Assembly (NCBI GenBank): GCA_036337435.1
Contig: JAYZEG010000095.1
Location: 33,606 to 97,605 of the forward strand
DNA from: Myxococcota bacterium
Lineage (GTDB): Bacteria > Myxococcota_A > Bradymonadia > UBA7976 > UBA1532
Reading direction: 5' to 3'
DNA: 64,000 nt
Part shown: positions 10,000 to 20,203 of the stretch, piece by piece
Layout: each line of letters begins with the position of its first letter
Position numbering within the stretch: position 1 is the stretch's first letter
Made by a program: the position numbers and the translations under genes
Notes under the pieces: model-generated
What the model saw: only the letters and a program-made list of their open reading frames with translations
Database searches by the model: none
What the model was told of the DNA's origin: nothing

Positions 10000-10535
10000 T
10001 CGTCCAGTTTTTCTACGACCGTTTGAAAGTTTTCCCCGTTACTTTCGATGAAGACCTCGCCATCAGTGCGGACAATAGACCATTCATTCGTCCTCTTAAT
10101 CGATGCGCCAAGCCGACTTAAAACGTCCGGATCCAACGTGAAACATTGGACATATTCTTTTCGGTCGTAATCGAGTTTTTGAACGGTATCCAAAAGTCGG
10201 TTGACGGCGCGATAGGCGTAAATCGTCACGTGTTTGGCTATTTTTGTCGCTTTGTTGAGCCGATCAAGACTCGGGCAACCGATGTCAAACCAGTGGACAA
10301 AATCACCATTTATTTTACGCACGAACAGCGGCGGTTCACTTGGGTCGCCAAGGCCTGCACGCGAGAAATTTAAATGATCTTGCTGGTGCAACGCGTAAAT
10401 GAGTATCCGAGTGGCCAAGAATGACTCGGTTTCCGATGGATGCTGTGCCAGTCTCAGCTCGACAGTATCGAAGTAATTTCGGTCGACGTCTGAGATGGAT
10501 ATATCGAACCGGCGCATGATTGATGGTCTGGCCAT
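9996..10535 (-). CDS. yaeQ: YaeQ family protein
   Basis: SDVDRNYF and AQHPSET motifs; probable start ATG 10535. Confidence 0.85.
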   Translation of the reverse strand: MARPSIMRRFDISISDVDRNYFDTVELRLAQHPSETESFLATRILIYALHQQDHLNFSRAGLGDPSEPPLFVRKINGDFVHWFDIGCPSLDRLNKATKIAKHVTIYAYRAVNRLLDTVQKLDYDRKEYVQCFTLDPDVLSRLGASIKRTNEWSIVRTDGEVFIESNGENFQTVVEKLDD

Positions 10536-10805
10536 AATGTCTGAGTCCTCATATTTGTCTGGCAACGCGCGCACCATCTGAGCTTGGCGAGAAAGGGTGG
10601 TCAAGTCCGAAATCAGCCCGCTATGAAAAATGGTCTTCTTCGGGACCGGAACACCTCATTTGCCATGCGTAATGGCCGAACAAACGAAACATAATCGGGC
10701 GTCGGTCTGGCTGTTGCCACCGATTTCTCAAGCAATAGTCTTGCGTTTAATTCAATGCTGGCACCTAATTAGACTGCTAGGACCAGATGGGACGCGTGTG
10801 TATTA

Positions 10806-12098
10806 ATGTCAGCAACCCCAAACGAGTTAATCAAATTTATCGACTCGAGCCCGAGTCCGTATCATTGCGTTCAATCGGTCGTCGAAAGACTCTCGAACGC
10901 CGGTTTTACGGAACTCAATTCCGAATTGATTTGGCCCAAATTGAGTGTCGGTGACGGCCATTTTATTCGTCGGAATGGCACATTGATCGCTTGGAGAAAC
11001 GGCACGGGTGCACCTGCTGGGTCAGGATTTCGTATCATTGGTGCACACACTGACAGTCCTAATCTCAGATTAAAGCCGACTCCGGAATATCTGAGTCATG
11101 GACTCACCCAGTGGGGCGTTCAAGTCTACGGGGGCGTTCTTCTCTACACGTGGTTTGACCGAGACCTCGGTCTCAGTGGTAGGGTCTTTACCAAAAGTGG
11201 GGATGGGCTCATTGAACACTTGGTCAATGTCAGTCGACCCATCGCACGAATTCCAAGCCTCGCAATTCATTTCAACCGGAGTGTTTCGGAGTCTGGATTC
11301 AAACCCAATAAGCAAGACCATCTGCCTCCGCTCGTTGCCTTGGACTGGGCTCATGAGCAGGGCGTGCTCGACCATCTGGTGTCCGAGTCAATCGGGCTCG
11401 AACCAGACCAGATCGTTGGCCATGACCTCATGCTTCATCCGCTCGCCCCCAGCGCCTTGGGTGGGGTGGACGAGGAATTTATTTTTGCACCACGCATAGA
11501 CAATCAAGCCTCGTGTTACACGGCGTTAGAAGGCTTGCTCGGCGCACCGCTTGGTGACCCCACCGCGCTGATTGCGCTTTTCGACCATGAAGAATGTGGC
11601 AGTGGCTCTGCCCATGGAGGCGATGGGGCCCTCATTGAGCATGTGCTTCGTCGTATTGTTGGTCGGCACGAAGTGCAAGCGGAAGGCGGCTTTGAAAGAG
11701 CTGCAGCCAATAGTTATATGATCAGTGCTGATATGGCCCATGGTGTTCACCCCAACTATTCTGCATACCATGACGGACATCACAAGCCGCTCCTCGGCGG
11801 GGGGCCGGTCATCAAGACTCATACAAATCAGCGCTATGCGACCGATGGCGAGACCGCTGCGCGTTTTAGATCGGCGTGTGCGGCCTTGGATATCCCAGTG
11901 CAGGAATTTGTGATTCGCACCGATTTGCGTTGCGGGTCGACGATCGGACCGATCACCTCATCCAACTTAGGGATAAGAACGGTCGATGTCGGTTGTTCGA
12001 TGCTGTCTATGCACAGCATTCGCGAGCAAGCTGCATCGGCGGATGTGTCGATGATGGCAGCTGTCAAAGCCCACGTACTTGGCGGTGCCAATTCGTGA
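10806..12098 (+). CDS. apeB: M18 family aspartyl aminopeptidase
   Basis: SPSPYH, GAHTDSP, RIDN, DHEE, SADMAHGVHPNY, CGSTIGP, SMHSIRE. Confidence 0.92.
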   Translation: MSATPNELIKFIDSSPSPYHCVQSVVERLSNAGFTELNSELIWPKLSVGDGHFIRRNGTLIAWRNGTGAPAGSGFRIIGAHTDSPNLRLKPTPEYLSHGLTQWGVQVYGGVLLYTWFDRDLGLSGRVFTKSGDGLIEHLVNVSRPIARIPSLAIHFNRSVSESGFKPNKQDHLPPLVALDWAHEQGVLDHLVSESIGLEPDQIVGHDLMLHPLAPSALGGVDEEFIFAPRIDNQASCYTALEGLLGAPLGDPTALIALFDHEECGSGSAHGGDGALIEHVLRRIVGRHEVQAEGGFERAAANSYMISADMAHGVHPNYSAYHDGHHKPLLGGGPVIKTHTNQRYATDGETAARFRSACAALDIPVQEFVIRTDLRCGSTIGPITSSNLGIRTVDVGCSMLSMHSIREQAASADVSMMAAVKAHVLGGANS

Positions 12099-12291
12099 GC
12101 AAGACAACGGACATCATCTGCAGACTGACGGGCATCGGTCTCAGGTTGTGATGGGCATTTGGGGCTGGCTGAGATCCATTTGAGCTGCCTGTTAATGGGA
12201 CCGTCTCTAGAATTTCACGCCAGAACTTGCGCTCTTCGCATCGGCCTCCGTATCCTGCGTCTAGATTGGTCATCAGCACTGAGCACTCAGC

Positions 12292-13632
12292 ATGGTTCGT
12301 AAAATTAAAAAACGCCGTAAACCTGGTCGAAAGGGGCAACGAAACGCAGTTGATACGCGGGCAAGTAACCGGCCGATCAAAACACCTCCCGTCATGTCTT
12401 CTTCGCCGTCCAAGCCTCAACTCCCTGATCGGCGTGACCAATTCTCAATTTCGCTTTGTATGATCGTCAAGAATGAATCTCGTCTGATCGCCGAATGCCT
12501 GCGCCGAGCGCGGTCCATTTGTCGCCAGATGGTCGTCGTTGATACAGGGTCTGAGGACAATACGGCCGACCTAGCTGAAGCGGAGGGTGCTGAGGTTTAT
12601 CATCATCCATGGCCGGGTCACTTCTCTGCGGCGCGTAATCTTTCATTAGAGTATGCAAAAGAAGAGTGGATTCTGATCTTGGATGGGGACGAGTTACTCG
12701 AGCCGGAATCCCTCGCTGCACTTACGCAAGCTGACCTGACAGGCTTGGCACAGGCGGCAGTTGAATTTGAAATCGTCAATTTCCTATCCGATGAAGCCCA
12801 GCCGTCCAATGCCCATTTCCAGAAGCAGATCCGACTGTTCAGACGGAGAGCAAATCACCGGTACGAGGGGTTGATCCACAACCAGCTTATCGATACGGAG
12901 ACAGGCGGTCCATTGAGCTCCGTTTTCAGGCGAATCCAAGTCCTTCACTATGGTTATACGCCCACAGTCTGGGACGCTCAGAACAAAGCCCAGCGACTCG
13001 GCATGCTGGAAAAGGCTCTGGTTGAGAATCCAGACTCACTCTTTTGTCATTACAACTTGGCCAACCATCTGAAAATTCTGGAACAGTTTGAGCGGGCAGT
13101 GTTTCACTATGAAAAGTGCTTTGAGGGAGATCTTGGACAAGAGTGGGTCAAAATAGCACACTTCAGTGCCGCCTTTTGTGCAAACCAGCTTGGGCGATTT
13201 GAGCGGTCCATCGAAATCTGTGAGCGTCTATTGGCTCGAGAACCCTACGTGGCTGACGCACTGTTGAGGTGGGCTGAAGCGCAATTGGGTTTGGGATTAC
13301 CTGAAAATGTAGTGGCGACCATCGCCCCCGTGATTAGCCATCCCTCTCTCATGGCCTACAAGCAACAGGCGCTCGAATTTGCGCTTCCCTACAGACTGGG
13401 TCGAGCTCATTTTGAATTGAATCAGCATCGGGACGCGTTACCTATTTTCGAGGGACTAGCCGAGTTTAGCCGCGACCCGACAGTATTTACTCATCTTTGT
13501 CTGTGCGCGCTGCATTGCGGCCAAGTTCAATTGGCAAGAAAGGCTTATTTGCGAGGGGTAGAGCTCGCACCCGATGACCCGGATTGGCCCGGGCTTAAAT
13601 CTGTTTTCGATGCCAACAATATTCCCATTTAG
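12292..13632 (+). CDS. Glycosyltransferase family 2 with C-terminal TPR repeats
   Basis: SLCMIVKNE, VDTGSED, FSAARN, LDGDE, HYGY followed by TPR-like helices. Confidence 0.88.
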   Translation: MVRKIKKRRKPGRKGQRNAVDTRASNRPIKTPPVMSSSPSKPQLPDRRDQFSISLCMIVKNESRLIAECLRRARSICRQMVVVDTGSEDNTADLAEAEGAEVYHHPWPGHFSAARNLSLEYAKEEWILILDGDELLEPESLAALTQADLTGLAQAAVEFEIVNFLSDEAQPSNAHFQKQIRLFRRRANHRYEGLIHNQLIDTETGGPLSSVFRRIQVLHYGYTPTVWDAQNKAQRLGMLEKALVENPDSLFCHYNLANHLKILEQFERAVFHYEKCFEGDLGQEWVKIAHFSAAFCANQLGRFERSIEICERLLAREPYVADALLRWAEAQLGLGLPENVVATIAPVISHPSLMAYKQQALEFALPYRLGRAHFELNQHRDALPIFEGLAEFSRDPTVFTHLCLCALHCGQVQLARKAYLRGVELAPDDPDWPGLKSVFDANNIPI

Positions 13633-13653
13633 CGACCCATCTGACGAGGCGTC

Positions 13654-14832
13654 TTAAAGGTCGACGATATCGATTTCAGCAATCGCAGCGTCGACCAGTG
13701 CGTCTATCTTGAGCGGGCTCTCCGCAGACTCTAGCACGGGCTGCTGACCGCGGGTTGCTGGGTGTTTTGGAACGAAGAGTGAGCAACAGTCATCATAGGG
13801 GAGGGTTGAGGTCTCTAAGGTATCGATTTTTCGGGCCAGTTTAACGATCTCTGCTTTGTCGTACGTCACCAGTGGCCTCAAGGTCATCATGTTCGTGGCC
13901 GAGTCGACCATGTGTAGATTTTCTAATGTTTGACTGGCGACTTGAGCAAGGCTCTCGCCTGTACACAGTGCATAACAATCAGCCTGCTTGGCCACTTTTG
14001 CTGCGATTCGGTACATGAACCGTCGGTAAAGGAGCACCGTCAGTTTTGGGTCGCATTCGTCTCGGATTGCCTTTTGGATCTGTGTAAACGGGACCACATG
14101 GAGACGCATGCCGCCCTGTCGCATGGCAAGACGGCGCGCGAGTTCTTCTACTTTCTCGCGGCTGGCCTCGCTGATGAATGGCGGTGAGTGAAAGTAAATT
14201 GCGTTTAGCCTACAGCCTCGTTTCTGCGCGAGAAAACCTGCGACAGGCGAATCGATTCCTCCGCTCAACAGCAGCATGACTTCGCCCGTTGCACCGATTG
14301 GCATCCCGCCCACGCCTTCAATGGACTCGATCCAGAGATGGGCGATATCCCGTTTGTAGGAGATATTCATCACCACTTGGGGGGCTTTCAAGTCAACTTT
14401 TAAGTCGAGCGCGTCTAGAATTCCTGCAGCGACGTGTTGATTCATCTCCGGTGATGTCATTATGCAGCGTTTATCGGCCCGTTTCGATTTCACAGCAAAG
14501 GTCAGTTGCTGCCCCTGCCAGGCTCTGACAGCGAGCTGGGTGGCTGTATCTCGAATCAGGTCGGGATCAGTGTTGACTCTGACCACTGGACTACAGCTGG
14601 TCAGCCCCGGCGTGCTGGCACAGATATCGAGCGCGGTCTCCAGTTGGTGACTTGATTCCAGATGAATGAAGAGTTGTCCTCGCGTTTCTGTGATTTTGCA
14701 CGGGCCAACGGCGTCGTGTAGGTTTGCTTTAAGATTGCTTCGAAGCTTTTTGACGAACCAACTCTGATTTTGCCCCTTGAGGAAGAGTTCTCCCATTCGT
14801 GCGAGAATCAGCTTACTTTCGAGAGCCATCAT
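13654..14832 (-). CDS. thiI: tRNA 4-thiouridine synthase ThiI (short form, no rhodanese domain)
   Basis: GELFLKG, THUMP-like region, LLSGGIDSPVA PP-loop, GESLAQVASQT, PYDDCC. Confidence 0.93.
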   Translation of the reverse strand: MMALESKLILARMGELFLKGQNQSWFVKKLRSNLKANLHDAVGPCKITETRGQLFIHLESSHQLETALDICASTPGLTSCSPVVRVNTDPDLIRDTATQLAVRAWQGQQLTFAVKSKRADKRCIMTSPEMNQHVAAGILDALDLKVDLKAPQVVMNISYKRDIAHLWIESIEGVGGMPIGATGEVMLLLSGGIDSPVAGFLAQKRGCRLNAIYFHSPPFISEASREKVEELARRLAMRQGGMRLHVVPFTQIQKAIRDECDPKLTVLLYRRFMYRIAAKVAKQADCYALCTGESLAQVASQTLENLHMVDSATNMMTLRPLVTYDKAEIVKLARKIDTLETSTLPYDDCCSLFVPKHPATRGQQPVLESAESPLKIDALVDAAIAEIDIVDL

Positions 14833-14854
14833 GCCGACAATTTTATCCTCTGGT

Positions 14855-15985
14855 TCATAGGTAGACAGAACGCAGCTCTTGGACTACGGCCGCTAATTTG
14901 TCAACGACGATGGGAATTTCCTCCCTTCGGTTGAAGCGTCCAAGGGTCAACCGCAAATACGCTCCGTCTTCGGGTCGTCGCCCAAGAGCGTGGAGTACGG
15001 CACTAAAGCGCCCAGAACTGCATGCGCTACCGCCACTCACGAAAACGCCAGCGGAACTCAACGCATTGATGACTGGCTCCGTGGGTAGGCCGGGAATGCA
15101 GATGTGAATATTGTTGTAGATTCGTGTTGGTCCGAAGGGGCATCCAGTCAAGGTGATGTCCGGGAGCGTCGCACTCAGTGACCGCCAGAGTTCATCTCGG
15201 AGGGCTTCGATCTTTGCAGCATCGTGCTTTTGACGTTCATGGGCCTCGGCCAGTGCCCACGCATGCGCGAGGGATGGCGTGCCCCCTCGACGTCCAAACT
15301 CTTGCCCACCGCCCTTTGCAATGGGTTGGAGCTCATGCCGGGACCAAAGTGCGCCACATCCCTTTGGCCCATGCAGCTTGTGCGCTGCGATGGCGACGCA
15401 ATCGGCACCAAGCTGCGCTGTTTTAAATGGAATTTTTCCAAAGCCTTGGACAGCATCAACCACCAATCTGGCCCTCGGCGCACAGCTCCGGACGACTCGG
15501 CTGATCGAGCTAATGTCATTGATGCTGCCGATCTCGTTGTTTACCATCATGGTTGCAACGATTCGTGTTTCCTCGTTTAAAGTGGCTCGCAAGGTGCTCT
15601 CGGTCACGAGTCCGTGACCGTCAACTGGTATTTCGTCAATGACCCAATTGAATTTTTCCTTTAGCCAGCGCGCTGACTCCTTGACCGCTGAATGCTCGAT
15701 CTGTGAATAGGCGATTCGACCCGGTCGGTCGCCAGCACTCCCGATAATGGCCAGTGTGATCGCCTCCGTCCCCCCGCCAGTGAATGTGACCTCGCGTGCT
15801 TTCGCGCCAAATGCTTGCGCCAATTTTTGTCGAGAACTCTCGAGCTTCTTACGGGCGTCTATGCCCAATTGATGAGCTGAGCTGGTGTTGCCATAGTACG
15901 CTGTCTGGAGAGCGACCATTCCACTCAATATCTCTGGGTCAGGTGGGGTCGTTGCGCCGTTATCGAGGTATATAGAATCAAGCAT
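14855..15985 (-). CDS. Cysteine desulfurase (IscS/NifS family)
   Basis: YLDNGATT, DAVQ, AHKLHGPKG (PLP Lys), SGGSACSS (catalytic Cys). Confidence 0.92.
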   Translation of the reverse strand: MLDSIYLDNGATTPPDPEILSGMVALQTAYYGNTSSAHQLGIDARKKLESSRQKLAQAFGAKAREVTFTGGGTEAITLAIIGSAGDRPGRIAYSQIEHSAVKESARWLKEKFNWVIDEIPVDGHGLVTESTLRATLNEETRIVATMMVNNEIGSINDISSISRVVRSCAPRARLVVDAVQGFGKIPFKTAQLGADCVAIAAHKLHGPKGCGALWSRHELQPIAKGGGQEFGRRGGTPSLAHAWALAEAHERQKHDAAKIEALRDELWRSLSATLPDITLTGCPFGPTRIYNNIHICIPGLPTEPVINALSSAGVFVSGGSACSSGRFSAVLHALGRRPEDGAYLRLTLGRFNRREEIPIVVDKLAAVVQELRSVYL

Positions 15986-16106
15986 TGTGTACTAAAATCA
16001 CCGTCATTGGTCGTTTTTCATCCAAATCGATTCTGTAATCCTACTATGTTATCGCCAGAAGGTCATCGCTTGTTGAGGCCCGTCAATCGATGGAGACCAT
16101 TTCGCC

Positions 16107-17237
16107 GTGTCATTTGGCATTTACGTCCATTATCCCTACTGCGCAAGGGTTTGTCCGTATTGTGACTTTAATGTGGTCGCCCGCCACAGCATCCCACACC
16201 AGCGTTACGCCGATGCGATATTGACGGAGCTCGATTCGAGAGCCCTCGAATTCACCGATCGAGGTGACGTGGTGTCCATCTATTTTGGCGGTGGAACACC
16301 CGGGTTATGGCCAGCGGATCAAATCGGACGAGTACTCGATGGCATACGCGTCCATTTCTCTCTCGCATCAGATGCTGAAATCACGATCGAGCTCAACCCA
16401 GAAGATGCAACCGAAGACGGTTTTCGAGACCTGTCTGAAATAGGTGTGAACCGAATGAGTCTAGGTGCCCAATCATTTCAGCCGGCGTTATTGCAAAAAC
16501 TGGGTCGGCAACATACTCAAGACGACATTGTAAATGCCATTCGATGGGCTCGACTCGCGTCGATCAACAACATCAGTGTTGACCTTCTTTATGGCCATAT
16601 AGGCCATGGGCTGGAGAGCTCTCTGGAGGATGTCAAACGTGCCGTCGGGCTGGGAGCGAAACACATCAGCACCTACCAGCTCACCATCGAAGACAAAACG
16701 CTCTTTGGTCGGGAATTTGAGATGGGGATCAATCGTCTTGAACCTGAATCTCATCTCCTCGACATGTTTCGCTCGATTCGTCGTTTCCTCGTCGATGCGG
16801 GTTATTCGACCTATGAAATTAGCTCTGCCGCTCGGCCGGGTTATCGGTCTCAGCATAATCTCGTCTACTGGACGGGCCGTGATTATTTGGCACTGGGTGC
16901 TGGGGCACATGGGTTCTACCGAACGGATTCTGGTGAGGGGATTCGTTGGGGCAATATTTGTTCGCCTGAGCGATACATGGATGCGGTTGAAGCCGGTCGT
17001 CCGACGGAGCAATTCAAGCAGACGTCGACTGGGCAAGACCTGCAAGAAGAACTGCTCATGATGGGATTGAGAATGGAGGAAGGGCTCTTGGTCACCGAGC
17101 CCATGAAAGCCTATTTCGCCGACAACGCTGATCGTTGCGCGCGACTCGGACTCATCGTGATAGAAGGGGGTCGGTGGCGCGTGAGCGCGCGGGGCCAAGA
17201 AATTCTTGACGCTGTTACATTGGAGATGATCAGCTGA
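16107..17237 (+). CDS. hemW: Radical SAM heme chaperone HemW
   Basis: YVHYPYCARVCPYCDF, YFGGGTP, YEISS, HNLVYW; position upstream of grpE. Confidence 0.9.
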   Translation: MSFGIYVHYPYCARVCPYCDFNVVARHSIPHQRYADAILTELDSRALEFTDRGDVVSIYFGGGTPGLWPADQIGRVLDGIRVHFSLASDAEITIELNPEDATEDGFRDLSEIGVNRMSLGAQSFQPALLQKLGRQHTQDDIVNAIRWARLASINNISVDLLYGHIGHGLESSLEDVKRAVGLGAKHISTYQLTIEDKTLFGREFEMGINRLEPESHLLDMFRSIRRFLVDAGYSTYEISSAARPGYRSQHNLVYWTGRDYLALGAGAHGFYRTDSGEGIRWGNICSPERYMDAVEAGRPTEQFKQTSTGQDLQEELLMMGLRMEEGLLVTEPMKAYFADNADRCARLGLIVIEGGRWRVSARGQEILDAVTLEMIS

Positions 17238-17525
17238 TGCCCTCCGCTGTTTATGGGGAATTCGGCACCTTTCCAGGAACGGCTGAACCATGGCGGGACC
17301 GATGGGCTTATGGATTGGTCAATGGATGGGTCTCAATCTGGTCGCCGAGACAGATTAAAAAAATCCTCGTTCGGGTTGTCATAGTCAAAACCGTGTACAT
17401 TATTGCCGAGCAAGGTCAGCGCGGGCGTTTTTTTCGTTCAGAAGCCATCGGATCGGTGACTATCGGTTGACCGCAGCGTCGATTTGTAGAAGAGAAGTAC
17501 AAAACAACGACAGCAGAGAACGACT

Positions 17526-18185
17526 ATGTCAGAGAACGAAGTATCAAATGTCGAGGATGAGGTGTCCACTGAGGAGGCCAATGAAGACGCCGATGCAGCC
17601 GTAGACGCGACTGCAGCCGATGAGATTAATCTAAACGAAGTGACGACCGATGATCCGAAAACCGAACGGATCAACGAACTCGAACTGGCTGTCGAAGACT
17701 GGCGGACTCGTGCCTATCGGTCTGCAGCCGACTTAGAGAATCTTCGCAAACGCTTCAACAGAGAGCGCGATGAACTCAAAAAATTCGGCGTTGAAGGCTT
17801 ACTTAAGGACATTTTAGGTGCCATCGACAATCTTGAACGAGCGCTTGGACATGCCGAGCCAGACAACAGCCTCGCCGAGGGCGTTCAGATGGTTCTGCGT
17901 CAGTTTGTCCAAATGGCAGCCAAATATGGCGCCGAGCCATTTGAAGCGGCTGGACAGCCATTCGACCCACAAATTCACGAAGCGATGACCCAGATCCCCA
18001 CCAACGAAGCGGAGCCTGGAACGGTGATGGATGTTTTCCAACGAGGGTGGACGTTGCATGGGCGATTGGTCCGACCTGCAATGGTTACCGTCGCAGCCGC
18101 AATGCCGCAATCAGCCGTTCAAGAATCGGACGCTGCTGGAAATCCTGAGCAAGAAGCGTCGAATGATGTAGACGCGGAGGGCTAG
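17526..18185 (+). CDS. grpE: Nucleotide exchange factor GrpE
   Basis: ADLENLRKR, DNLERAL, FDPQIHEA, RLVRPAMV. Confidence 0.95.
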   Translation: MSENEVSNVEDEVSTEEANEDADAAVDATAADEINLNEVTTDDPKTERINELELAVEDWRTRAYRSAADLENLRKRFNRERDELKKFGVEGLLKDILGAIDNLERALGHAEPDNSLAEGVQMVLRQFVQMAAKYGAEPFEAAGQPFDPQIHEAMTQIPTNEAEPGTVMDVFQRGWTLHGRLVRPAMVTVAAAMPQSAVQESDAAGNPEQEASNDVDAEG

Positions 18186-18286
18186 GCTGGAGACAATAGG
18201 AACAGTAACGTCTAACATACGGGCTCTGTCGTCGTTTGAATACGTTCAGAATGCCCTTAGAACGGCGCTTTGGGGGACAATAGGCA

Positions 18287-20128
18287 ATGATCATTGGTAT
18301 CGATTTAGGCACAACCAACTCCTGCGTATCATACATCGAGGGGGGGGATCCGGTTGTTATTCCGAATGCGGAAGGCAGTAGAACGACGCCCTCTATGGTT
18401 GCGATCACTGAAAGTGGCGAACGTCTCGTAGGACAGATCGCGAAGCGCCAAGCCATCACGAATCCCGAACACACAGTCTTTGCGTCCAAACGCTTGATCG
18501 GCCGTAAGGTAGAGAGTCCGGAACTCGCCGACCAAATCGACCGTTTCCCCTATGAAATCGTCAAGGCAGACAACGGCGATGCGTGGGTCAAATTGCGAGA
18601 CCAGGGGTATAGCCCCGCAGAGATCGCGAGTTTCATACTCACCAAAATGAAGCAAACGGCAGAAGACTATCTTGGGCAAGAGGTGACTGAGGCGGTCGTG
18701 ACCGTCCCAGCATACTTCAATGATGCACAGCGGCAGGCCACCAAAGATGCCGGTAAAATCGCCGGCTTAGAGGTGAGACGGATCATCAACGAGCCGACTG
18801 CGGCCGCTCTCGCCTATGGACTCGAGCGTGAGGCGGGTCAGCGAGTGGCTGTCTACGACCTCGGCGGGGGCACCTTCGATATCTCTGTACTCGAATTATC
18901 CGATGGTGTCTTTGAGGTCTGTTCGACCAGTGGTGACACCTATTTGGGCGGTGAAGACTTCGACTTTCGCCTGGTAGAGTACTTGCTCGAGGAGTTCGAG
19001 AAATCCGATGGCATTGATCTCAAAGGCGACAAAATGGCGTTGCAGCGTCTGAAGGAAGCCGCCGAAAAGGCAAAGCATGAGCTGAGTTCAGCACTTGAGA
19101 CGGATGTGAATTTACCATTTATCACTGCAGACGCCAGTGGACCCAAACATCTCAACTTAAAAATTACTCGGACTCGGTTTGAATCGATGGTAAGCGATCT
19201 GATCGAGCGAACCTTGGAACCATGCCGGATCGCGTTGGAAGATGCATCTGTTACCAACGACGAAATTGACACGGTTCTTCTCGTTGGCGGAATGACTCGG
19301 ATGCCGCTCATTCAGCAACGGGTTGGAGAATTCTTTGGCAAGACGCCGAGTAAGGGCTTAAATCCAGACGAGGTTGTCGCGGTCGGTGCCGCCATCCAAG
19401 GCGGCGTCCTGACCGGTGAGGTTGAGGACGTCATTCTCCTTGATGTTACGCCACTGTCTCTGGGTGTTGAAACACAGGGCGGCGTTTTTACGCGCATCAT
19501 AGAGAAGAACACAACAATTCCGTATAGCCGAGCTCAAGTCTTTAGCACGGCAGTCGATAATCAGCCCATGGTATCGGTCCACGTACTTCAAGGTGAACGT
19601 GAACTGGCAAAAGACAATCGGTCCTTAGCCCGATTTGACTTGGTGGGTTTGCCACCGGCACCCCGTGGTGTGCCCCAGATCGAAGTATCTTTCGAGATTG
19701 ATGCTGATGGCATCTTGCATGTCAATGCAAAGGACCTTGGAACGGGTCGGGGCCAGCAGGTTGAAGTTCGTCCATCCAGTGGGCTCTCCGAAAACGAGAT
19801 CGATCGGATGGTCACCGAGGCTGAGAGGCATAGGGAAGTTGATGAAGAACGCCGAATGCTCATCGAGTTGCGAAATTCAGCTGAGGGCTTAGTCCTCACC
19901 ACCGAACGTTCTCTGCATGAGTACGGAGACCTGTTGACCCCGCTGGATATTGAAGACATTCGCACTGATATCCAGACACTGAACGACACACTCGACACCG
20001 TTGACCCTGAGGAGTTGCGCCTCGCGATTCAAAATCTCGAGCAGTCTGCTTATCGGATCGCGGACGCCATGTACGATGATGCAACCGGCGATGAACCGGA
20101 TGAGGATGAGGTTGACCCGGAGGAATAA
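18287..20128 (+). CDS. dnaK: Chaperone DnaK (Hsp70)
   Basis: [39 protein letters not shown]. Confidence 0.97.
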   Translation: MIIGIDLGTTNSCVSYIEGGDPVVIPNAEGSRTTPSMVAITESGERLVGQIAKRQAITNPEHTVFASKRLIGRKVESPELADQIDRFPYEIVKADNGDAWVKLRDQGYSPAEIASFILTKMKQTAEDYLGQEVTEAVVTVPAYFNDAQRQATKDAGKIAGLEVRRIINEPTAAALAYGLEREAGQRVAVYDLGGGTFDISVLELSDGVFEVCSTSGDTYLGGEDFDFRLVEYLLEEFEKSDGIDLKGDKMALQRLKEAAEKAKHELSSALETDVNLPFITADASGPKHLNLKITRTRFESMVSDLIERTLEPCRIALEDASVTNDEIDTVLLVGGMTRMPLIQQRVGEFFGKTPSKGLNPDEVVAVGAAIQGGVLTGEVEDVILLDVTPLSLGVETQGGVFTRIIEKNTTIPYSRAQVFSTAVDNQPMVSVHVLQGERELAKDNRSLARFDLVGLPPAPRGVPQIEVSFEIDADGILHVNAKDLGTGRGQQVEVRPSSGLSENEIDRMVTEAERHREVDEERRMLIELRNSAEGLVLTTERSLHEYGDLLTPLDIEDIRTDIQTLNDTLDTVDPEELRLAIQNLEQSAYRIADAMYDDATGDEPDEDEVDPEE

Positions 20129-20203
20129 GTGGCGCGTGCGCCGATGTTGAGCGCGTGTTGGACGGCACACTGGCCCGTCCGCTGATATGATGTGAGCTAG
20201 ACC

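Noticed and set aside
10660..10690. Resemblance to an HDV ribozyme 3' segment (GTAATGGC.GAA) or, on the minus strand, a fluoride riboswitch
   Set aside because: Required pseudoknot pairings and conserved cores could not be found
12161..12202. TPP-riboswitch-like fragment (GGGG...GGCTGAGA...TTAAT)
   Set aside because: Lacks the CCTGAT core and the closing GCG.AGGGA strand, and precedes a glycosyltransferase rather than a thiamine gene
16488..17291. 267-aa minus-strand ORF
   Set aside because: Antisense shadow of hemW with no recognisable motifs
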